Of a DNA stretch of 64,000 nucleotides, positions 11,921-22,500 are shown one piece after another. The DNA is from Cetorhinus maximus (taxonomy: Eukaryota): positions 48,236,001-48,300,000 of the forward strand of contig NC_135902.1 in NCBI RefSeq assembly GCF_964194155.1, read 5' to 3'. How positions within the stretch are numbered: the stretch's first letter is position 1; every line of letters starts with the position of its first letter. Below the pieces are notes generated by a model. It made no database searches. It was not told where the DNA came from and saw nothing but the letters and a program-made list of their open reading frames with translations. A program made the translations under genes and the position numbers.

Positions 11921-12819
11921 GTGAGTGAGTGGGAATGAAGTTTAATTATCCGGTGAATGATTTTGAGCAGCAGCTTTGCTCTGGGTTTAAAACAGGCCGT
12001 TTACAAAGGGGATTCTTCAATCATTTGCTTGTATAATCTCCCTCTCAGCGTTAGTCTCCTGGGAATTCTAGTTAGCACTTAAAATATTAATGGATTTAAA
12101 ATGTGCAGGGCATTGATTTTTTTTTACCCATTGGAAATGTTTGTTTTTTTCTAAATTTGATAACAATCGTTCTTTCTGTTCACCATATTAACCAGACCTT
12201 GTGTCTTACTGACTTTCTGATCTAACCTGTGTTGATATTAACATGGCTGTAAGTCTGTCTGTGTGTGTGTATGTGTGTGTTTGTGATCTCTCTCTGCCTG
12301 TCTCGGATCTGAAATCCTATCTCTTGCGTTTCCCCTATCGCTTCATTTGTGGTCACTTGTCGGATCCATTCTGAAACCTCGGATTGCTGTAATCTTCCCT
12401 GTATCACTGAGTCTACATCCTGTCTGCACAACCGTGAATCCGACTCCCCCCCCTCTCCCCATCGTCTCTAATGTTTTACCTTGTCCTGACTCAACAAAAG
12501 AGGGAGGGTGCAGGAGGCCGTTCGGCCCATCGAGGCTCTTTTCACCCCTTTCCCCATGTGACTGCAGTCTGTGTTGAGGGTACTCGTGCCCTGAACTGTG
12601 TTGGGGTAGCGACTTGCAAAGATGTATAATTCTCTGTGCACTCCGCATCTCGTCCTAAATCGCTGCTCCCTTATCCTGAGACTGTGACCCCCCTCGAGTT
12701 CTAGGCTCTCCAGTTAGGAGAAATAAGCCTCTGCACCTATCCTGTCCAATTTACTAAAGAATTTTATACTTGGCCTAACTTGAGAGTTGCTGAATTAAAG
12801 AGTCACCATCAACAGGTGC

Positions 12820-13005
12820 ATTCTCCATCACAACGCTTCTACCAATCAGAGTCCACTTGTCAACCAATCAGCGCACTCTTCACATGCGGTATAAATTGTT
12901 GTTTTCCCCTTATATTGGTATTCGTGCAATGTGTCCTGATGAGTGCAAGATGAAAAGCTTCAATGTTTTTTTTTCAGCGATGCTCTTAAGTTCTGTCCTG
13001 CCAAA
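12820..13005 (+). mobile_element. Penelope-like terminal-repeat fragment
   Basis: Similar to 17980-18170: ccaatcag x2, tataaattgttgtt, gtcctgatgagtgcaagatgaaaagctt. Confidence 0.6.
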
Positions 13006-13331
13006 TAACTATTAACCTAACTTGTTAACACCGGATAGTTTGTAATCTTCTGAACTTGCCTTAAGTCTCCTGTGCTGCAACTTTCCAAGTGACTTGTGAT
13101 TTTAAAATCCTCTATTTAACATTCAGGTTCCTTGGGAGGAGCTGAGGTCTCAGCTGACACTCTGTGGAGCCTTCACAATGGGCAACTTGACCGTATCACC
13201 CTGAGGAACTGGTCCCCCCCATCAATTGGGAAAAGTGCTTTGGGAGAGTGAGGCACAACTGAGACTCCGGCAGTGCCAACAGAGGGACGAGCCCTCACCA
13301 CCTGAGACTGGGAGACGAGCCGATCGTGGCA

Positions 13332-13517
13332 ATGGCATCTGTGGTGAGGAAGTGCTGCTCCTATCGCACCTTGAAGAGGAGGTTGCCAATTCTGGCCTGG
13401 ATGCCTCAGTATTCTCTCCAGTGGCTGAAAATGGATCTACTGGCTGGGGTAACTGTGGGGCTGACAGTGGTGCCCCAGGCACTAGCCTATGCTGAAGTAG
13501 CAGGCCTTCCTGTTCAG
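13332..13517 (+). CDS. SLC26A11: SLC26A11 coding exon 1 (MASVVRK...AGLPVQ)
   Basis: ATG 13332 in good context (gcaATGg), upstream in-frame TGA at 13260; donor CAG|gtaggc. Confidence 0.9.
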
Positions 13518-16500
13518 GTAGGCACCTCTCATCTGGGATTAATAATCCAGACTGGCTGAGAGGGAGGGGAGAATGTCTTCGGGGGGGTTTTTTTTAAATT
13601 GTTTTTGTAGTTGATGCCTTTTTTAAAAAAAAAATAGAAAATACTGGAAATAATTCAGCATCTGTGGAGAAAGAAACAGTTAACGTTTCAGAACTCTCGC
13701 AAACTTGCCAGCCATGACTCTGGGTAGCATTCAGGCCTCTTGAGTCACAAAATGGTGGGTTCAAGTCCCAAATCAGGTTTGAGCACATAATCTAGACTGA
13801 CAGTTCAGTGCAGTACTGAGGGAGTGCTGCACTGTCGGAGGTGCCGTTGCTTGGATGAGACGCTAAACTGAAGCCCTGTCTGCCCCCTCTGGCGTAAGGC
13901 ACTCTTTTGAAGAAAAGGGTAGTTCTTGCTAGTGTCTTGGTCAATATTTATCCCTCATTCAACATCACACAGAAAGAAACAGATTATTTAGTCATTATTA
14001 CATTGTTTGTGGGAACTTGCTGTGTGCAAATTGGCTACTTTCCAGCAGTGACTACATTTAATTGGCTGTAAAATGGTTTGTGATTGTTCTGTTTTCAAGG
14101 CAAATTCTTGGTGAGGCAGATGGATAGAGTTAAGTTACAGAATAAACATGATCTAATCAAAAACAGAAGCAGAAATACCTGGAAAAACTCAGCAGGTCTG
14201 GCAGCATCGGCGGAGAGGAGCACAGTTGACGTTTCGAGTCCTCATGACCCTTCAACAGAACTAAGTTTAAAAATAGGAAAGGGGTGAAATATAAGCTGGT
14301 TTGGGGGGGGGGTTTGTTGGGACCAGCAGCCAGTAATAGGTGGAGATAACCAAAAGATGTCACAGACAAAAGGACAAAGAGGTGTTGAAGGTGGTGATAT
14401 TATCTAAAGGAATGTGCTAATTAAGGGTAGAAAGCAGGACAGACAAGGTACAGATAGCTCTAGTGGGGGTGGGGGAATACTAAAAGGGCTAAAAGGTAGA
14501 GATAAACAATGGGTGGAAGTACATTTAAAAATAATGGAAAAAGGTGGGAAAAGAAAAATCTATATAAATTATTGGAAAAAACAAAAAGGAGGGGGAAGCA
14601 ACGGAAAGGGGGTGGGGATGGAGGAGAGAGTTCATGATCTAAAATTGTTGAACTCAATATTCAGTCCTGAAGGCTGTAAAGTGCCTAGTCGGAAGATGAG
14701 GTGCTGTTCCTCCAGTTTGCGTTGAGCTTCACTGGAACAATGCAGCAAGCCAAGGACAGACATGTGGGCATGAGAGCAGGGTGGAGTGTTGAAATGGCAA
14801 GCGACAGGGAGGTCTGGATCATGCTTGCGGACAGACCGAAGGTGTTCTGCAAAGCGGTCACCCAGTCTGCGTTTGGTCTCTCCAATGTAGAGGAGACCGC
14901 ATTGGGAGCAACGAATGCAGTAGGCTAAGTTGAGGGAAGTGCAAGTGAAATGCTGCTTCACTTGAAAGGAGTGTTTGGGCCCTTGGACGGTGAGGAGAGA
15001 AGAGGTGAAGGGGCAGGTGTTGCATCTTCTGCGTGGGCATGGGAAGGTGCCGTGGGAGGGGGTTGAGGTGTAGGGGGTGATGGAGGAGTGGACCAGGGTG
15101 TCACGGAGGGAATGATCCCTACGGAATGCCGCCAAGGGGTGGGTGAAGGGAAGATGTGTTTGGTGGTGGCATCATGCTGGAGTTGGCGGAAATGGCGGAG
15201 GATGATCCTTTGAATGCGGAGGCTTGTGGGGTGATAAGTGAGGACAAGGGGGACCCTATCATGTTTCTGGGAGGGAGGAGAAGGCATGAGGGCGGATGTG
15301 CGGGAGATGGGCTGGACACGGTTGAGGGCCCTGTCAACCAACGTGGGTGGAAAATCTCAGTTAAGGAAGAAGGAGAACATGTCAGAGGAACTGTTTTTGA
15401 AAGTGGCATCATCAGAACAGATGCGACGGAGGCGAAGGAACTGAGAGAATGGGATGGAGTCCTTACAGGAAGCGGGGTGTGAGGAGCTGTAGTCGAGGTA
15501 GCTGTGGGAGTCGGTAGGCTTGTGATGGATATTGGGGGACAGTCTATCACCAGAAATTGAGACAGAGAGGTCAAGGAAGGGAAGGGAAATGTCAGAGATG
15601 GACCATGTGAAAATGATGGAGGGGTGGAGATTGGAAGCAAAATTAATAAATTTTTCCAGGTCCTGACGAGAGCATGAAGCAGCACCGAAGTAATCATCGA
15701 TGTACCGGAGAAAGAGTTGTGGGAGGGGGCCGGAGTAGGACTGGAACAAGGAATGTTCCACATACCCCACAAAGAGACAGGCATAGCTGGGGCCCATGCG
15801 GGTACCCATAGCCACACCTTTTATTTGGAGGAAGTGAGAGGAGTTAAAGGAGAAATTGTTCAGTGTGAGAACAAGTTCAGCCAGATCTCATTGATCTAAT
15901 CAAATGTTGGCTCAGGCTTAATGGGCTGAATGGCCTCCCTCTGCTCCTAAGACAAAGCTGTTCTGTCCTCTATCCTGTATTACCAGCCAGAGAAAAAATG
16001 CTTTTTAAAAAAAAAAACATGTGTTTGATATCTCTCCCTCTCTCTCATCCATGTTTCTGCAGTATGGGCTTTATTCTTCATTCGTGGGCTGTTTTGTGTA
16101 CTGCCTCCTCGGTACCTCCAAAGACATCACTCTGGGTCCAACAGCGATCATGTCCCTCCTCGTTGCTTCATATGCCTATCACAATCCAGTGTATGCGGTG
16201 TTGCTGGCTTTCCTCTGTGGCTGCATTCAACTGGCAATGGGAATCCTGCAACTCGGTAAGAACCTCTCTCAATCCACAGATTCAAGCAATTGCTGTCCAT
16301 TGATCTCTCTCTGCAGAGAGGAGGTAGTCTCTGATAGACCAACTACCTCACAGACCTTGTGACACTGGGTGGGGGAGGAGGGGACATGGATTGGAGAGAT
16401 ACTGTTGCCATATTGGGTATTGGAGTTGAAAGTCAATGACAAGCGAACTCTTAATATTTGCGATTGTCTCAATAGCAACACTGACAGAGCTGTGACCCGC

Positions 16501-19500
16501 CCTGGCTTGGTCAGCAGGATCCTTGCATCGGAGTCCAGTCTGTTGTGGGTTCAAGTCCCACTCCAGAACTAAGGTCTGGGTCAACACTTCCAGTGCAATA
16601 ATGAGGAAGTGCTGCACTGTCAGAGGGAATGTTAAACCATGACCCTGTCTGCCCTGTCAAGTGGACATGGAAGTACCTGTGGCACTATGTTGAAGAGGAG
16701 CAGGAGAATTCTTCCCGCTGTCTGAGCTAACATTTATCCTTTGCCTGTTGTCCGAAGAACAGATTATCTGATTATCACGTTGCTGTTTTGTGGGATCTTG
16801 CTGTGTTCTGACCAGCTGCCACATTTCCCACATCCAATTTGCTTCATTGTCCCACTGTTGCTTTATAGTCATTCTGATGTTGTGAAAGGCGCTTTATAAG
16901 TGCAAATCTTTACATGATGATTGTATTTCCACAACCCTTTCTCTTTGGTCATACTGGTTGGTGCTGGAGTAACAGACCATGGTTGCCAGGAATCCTCTAA
17001 CATTTTGGTTCTGTCAGTTCTTTAATTGCAAATCCAGGTAGTAAACGTTGGCCTGCTATTTGACAGTGGCTTGGGTTCTGCAGCTCCCCTTCCCTGCTGG
17101 ACAATAGCTGGGAATGAGGAATCTTGTAAACTTCCCAAACTTCCTGGTGTCCACCTGGGAAGCGATTGTAGCAATGACCCTTTGCACCTTTTCCTTGCAT
17201 CTGTCCTTATTGCCCAGCTTTAGCGCTTTATTCTTCTCTTGTTCTGTAACACTCACACTTGTTTAACCTCCAGAGTTTACAAACAGAGACCGGACTCTTG
17301 TGTTCTCTCTCCAGCTCAGGGTGCTGGTCAAGATGGCTAAATAATTCTGTTCCCATTTATCCCTAGGTTTCCTGGTTGATTTTATTTCCTATCCTGTAAT
17401 AAAGGGATTCACCTCGTCTGCTGCTGTGACCATTGGCTTTGGACAAGTGAAGGTGAGCAGAGAGTGTGAAGAACTGTGGTTTGATGTTTGATGTTGGCTT
17501 GGCTTTCTGAGCAAAGCAGGGTTAATATTCAGTACGAAGCAGCCCCTGTCTCTGGTTTGATGATGACTCCTCCTGCTGTTTGGACGCTGACTGGGAAATA
17601 TTTTGGGAAGCAGGAGTTCTCTACCATTTTGAGAACTTTAACACCCAATTATCAATATTATTCTCAAGTGGAAGCAGCGAGGGCTGCACTTTCCCTTTAA
17701 CAGCTCTCACCAAATAAACTAACAGCATCTGAATAGAATAGAAAAAGTATTGCTGAAAAAAGACACTGCCTTCGAATCTTTCCATCTTGTACTCGAGACA
17801 ATTCGCAAGGACACCAAGTGTAAAGGGAACAACAGATTGTCAGGCTCACTGTGGCTCACTTACACGTGCTAGAAGCTACATACATTAATACACAGGGCCC
17901 TGCCCTTTGCAGACAGAGAACATGTACACACACAGCATCTTTTTCAACTAAACAAAATAGGCGACAGCCATTCTCTGGTTCATTCTCCATGGCAAAGCCT
18001 CTATCAATTCAGAGTTCACTTGCCAACCAATCAGCACTCTCTTCTTATGCAGTATAAATTGTTGTTCCCTTGACAATTTGCAAGAATACCAATTGTCCTG
18101 ATGACTGAAAGGTGAACAACTTCAGCATTTATCTTTTCAGTAATACTCAACTTCTGTGCTATCAAACAACTATTAGAATAGAGAAAGGAGTGTGATGGAA
18201 TACTCCCCACTTGCCTGGATGAGTACAGGTCCCTCAACACTCAAGAAGCTTGACACTGTCCAGGATAATGCAGCCCACTTGATTGGCACCACATCCACAA
18301 ACACCCTCTCCCTCCCACCACCATCTCACAGTCACAGCAGTGTGTACCATCTACAAGATGCACTGCAGGAATTCACCAAGGCTCCTTTGACAGCACCTTC
18401 CAAACCCACTACCACCTAGAAGGACGAGGGCAGCAGAGAGATGGGGACACCACCACCTGGAAGTTTCCCTCTAAGTCACTCACCATCTTGACTTGGAAAT
18501 ATATCGCTGTTCCTTCACTGTCACTGTGTCGAAATCCTGGAACTCCCCCTCTAACAGCACTGTGGATGTACCTACACCACATGGACAGCAGCTCACCACC
18601 ACCTCCTCAAGGGCAACTAGGGATGGGCAATAAATGCTGGCCCAGCCAGTGAAGCCCACATCCCGTGAATGAATAATAAAAAAAAAAAAATTCTCAATTT
18701 AAAAAAACCAAATTGAAGGCACTGGATCTAATCGGACAATATTTATGTGGATATGGTACATTAAGGGGAGAAAATGACTTCAGGTATTGAGGTGAATCTC
18801 TCCGATATCCCACAGTGTGATGGTGACTTGGTCAGTGTGATTGGCCCTTGCTCCCAAATCTGATTGGAATACTCTGCCACTCTTCACCACATCCAGTGAA
18901 CCCAAATCAAATCTTGCTCTGTTTTGGGCCCCCAAACCCAATCTTTTGAGGTTCTGAGACGATAGTCAGAGAGGTCAAAGTTCTCCCACCTTGTGGACCC
19001 TGTAAAGCTGTTGTGATTCCGTTTGACATCTTTAAACGGATTAAACACATTCTTAGGCAAAAATGCCGTGAGATTTCATAGGATTAAGTGACTTTCCCGT
19101 GAGAAAAGCTCTTGAAATGGACGCAAGGGTTTTCTGGTACAGGCACCAGGCAGCTGACTGGATTTGCTGAATGACCTTTCAACAATCTCTTCACTCAATA
19201 TATGATCTGGGGGGCAGGGAGAGGGCATCCATCTAAGGCAAGGGATTGGGGGAAAAAAAATAACTGCAGCAGGATATGACAGAAAGGAACACTGCCTCCT
19301 TCATCCCAGCTATTTACACTTCTCGTGTGAGTCCAACTAGGACATAGTTACCAGGCGAATGGGAAGTTGGTTGGAGTTGATCCTTTTGCAGGAGGGTGAT
19401 TGGGTGTCAATGTGAACACAGAGCTCACTACCTGATGTGACAAGTAGGAGATGGGGAAAGTTTCTTATCCTTGAGAAATCAAGGGAATTTTATTCCTGGG

Positions 19501-22500
19501 TTACCACCTGCTGTGGCTTGGTAACTAATCTAGCATAGCGGTTATGTCGCTGGGCTAGTAATTCAGAGTCTCTAGTTCAAATCCCATTGTAGCAGCTGGG
19601 AATTTCAGTTATATGAATGAACACGAGTTAGGGGCAGGAGTGGGTCTTGACCCCTCAAGCCTGTTCCACCATTTGATGGCTGATCTGATTGTAACCTCAA
19701 CTCCACATTCCTGCCTATTCATTAACTAAATCTGAAACGCAAAGTCCCAGTAATAGTGACCCATGAACCTTCCAGGTTGTGGTTTTATTTTATTCATTCG
19801 CGGGATGTGGGTGTTGCTGACTGAGCCAGCACTTTTTTTATTGCCCATCCCTAATTGCCCTTGAGAAGGTGATGGTGAGCTGCCGCCTTGAACCGCTGCA
19901 GTCCATGTGGTGTAGGTACACCCACAGCGCTGTTAGGGAGGGAGTTCCCGGATTTTGACCCAGTGACAGTCAAGGAACAGCCGATATATTTCCAAGTCAG
20001 GATGGTGAGTGACTTGGAGGAAAACTTCCAGGTGGTGGTGTTTCCACGCGTCTGCTGCCCTTGTCCTTCTAGGTGGTAGTGGTTGCAGGTTTGGAAGGTT
20101 ATGTCGAAGGAGCCTTGGTGAGTTACTGCTTTGCATCTTGTAGATAGTACACACACTGCTGCCACTGTGTGTTGGTGGTGGAGGGAGAAAGTGTTTAAGG
20201 TGGTGGATAGGGTACAAATCAAGCGGGGCTGCTTTGTCCTGGATGGTATTGAGCTGTTTGTGTTGTGGGAGCTGCACTCATCTGGGCAAGTGGAGAGTAT
20301 TCCATCACACTCCTGGACTGGTAGATGGCAGGCCAGGTTTTGAGGAATCAGGAGGTGAGTTACTCATCACCGAATTCCCAGCCTCCGACCTCTTGTGACC
20401 ACAGTGTTTACATGGCTGCAATATGGGTTTAAAACCCCATCTGGTTCAGTAATGGATGGAAATCTGCTGTCCTTCCCTGGCCTGGCGGGCGTTGCCCTCT
20501 CTGAAGTGACCTAGGCTGCTGCTCCATTTTCCATAGAGCTTCAATGTAACTATTATCCACACGGATGTAACTACTGGAGGCAGCAGTTCACCAGCACCTT
20601 TCCACAGGCAGTTAATGATGGGTTATAAATGCTGCTCCTATTGGTAAAACCTGTATCCTGTGAATGGAATTTTTTTTTTTAATTTAAAAAAAGGAACATT
20701 TGGATTTTGCCAGGGCTGCTGGTTTGACAAAGGGAAAAAGATGAAGGATTGACCCAGCTCACACTCGCGTTGTTCCGGATGGTTTAGTCGGATGGTTTCC
20801 GGGGTGATGGGGTTATTTTGGGAGATTGCTGTGCTGTATCTGAAGCAAGAATGTTTTAGTCTGATTCTCTTTGTTTGATCCAGAATATCCTTGGTCTCCG
20901 TGACATTCCCCGTCAATTCTTCCGCGAGGTTTACTACACGTTCCATAATATTGCAGAGACCAGGTAAGTATTTCAGCTTTATTAAAGAGTACAGCTCCAG
21001 AGGTTCAGTGACTGTGCTATGTAGACTGGAGACCCCAGGTTCAATTCCCTGTACAGACAATGAGGGAGTTGTGTTGCCCTGTGGATGCAGCGCCCCTGGT
21101 CTAGTGAGAGGAGTGTCTCCTGGTTGCCAGAAAGAACTTGCATTTATATAGCACCTTTCACTATCTCATGATTCCCAAAGCACTTTACAGCCAATTAGTT
21201 ACTTTTGAAGTGTTGTAATGTAGGAAAGCGCAAAATCTAAACTGACACTCTGTTGTAGTACTGAGGAAGTGCTGCACTGTTGGAGGTGCTGTCTTTACGA
21301 GATATTAAACCGAGGCCCTGCCTGGTCTCAGGTGGCTGTAAAAGATTCCATGGCATTATTACAAAGAAGAGGAGCAGGGGAGTTCTACCCAGTGTCCTGG
21401 CCAATATTTAACCCTCAATCAACATCACAGAAAACACACTACTTCTTATCACATTGCTGTTAGTGGGGTCTTGCTGTGCACAAATTGGCTGCTGTGTTTT
21501 CCTACATCATAACTGTCGCCGTGCTTTGGATTTCTTGACTGTAAAGCACTTCTGGGACACCATGAGATAATTGCGTGCTCTCCTTTCGTTGTTTATTAGT
21601 GTTGCTTTCTGATTAAAGGGTTGAAGGTTTAGTAATGACAGCGTAAGCACTTTCTGTTCTCCTTTTCTTGCATGGATGCCTCTGCCTTCCTTTCACAATC
21701 TGTGTAGAAACTTGGGTGCAGAAAGGAAATGCCTGATTTTCTGGTGAAAGACTCTGATTTTTACTGGTTGCTGATGCGCTTTGCTGTGTGGATCAGAGGG
21801 TGTCCATGTGGAGAGTTCCTGTATCTCTACCTGACACCAGTGTGTAAGGAAGGTGCAGAATGCGGGCACTTAACCCTCTCCTCCCCTCCCACCCCCCACT
21901 CCACCTCCCCCAGAGTGACATTGGGAGATATCCTCTTGTTTCCTCTTCCCATCCTGGATCTCCCTGCTTAACAGAATATCCCAGGCCAGGAACAGCAGTG
22001 AAAAGAGGGGGGCAGAATGAGCGTGACTGGATTAAAGCAGCTTGTTTCTACTGACTAACCCCGACGATGTGGGGTGGTGTGGGAGTAATGGGCGTTTGAC
22101 AGTAAATGGTAAAAAAAAATGATAGTCAGTGGCTGGTGAATTGGGGTTGTATTGAGTCAGGATCAATACCACAAACTCCAAGCAGGAGATTGAAGAATTA
22201 GTGTCACTCTACAAAATGGAGCACGTTACCACAGTGCACGCCAATCACCGTCTTTTAAGAAGAAATTAGACGTTGAGTTACAGGGAAAGAGCAGGCCTGG
22301 AGCTAGCCCAGACTTAAATGGGCTGAAGGGTCTATCTGTGTGTTGCTATTTCCGTGTGGTGCTTCACTTCACCCTCCACCTTGCTACAGGATCGGTGACC
22401 TCGTGTTAGGCCTGGTCTGTGTCTTGCTGCTTGTGCTGTTGAAGATGATGAAGAACCAGTTTCTGGAAAAATCCGACCACCTGCTGCTCCTCAAAAGGGT

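Noticed and set aside
14632-15817. Penelope RT/GIY-YIG ORFs as an intact or domesticated gene
   Set aside because: 5'-truncated, with an internal stop and a frameshift.
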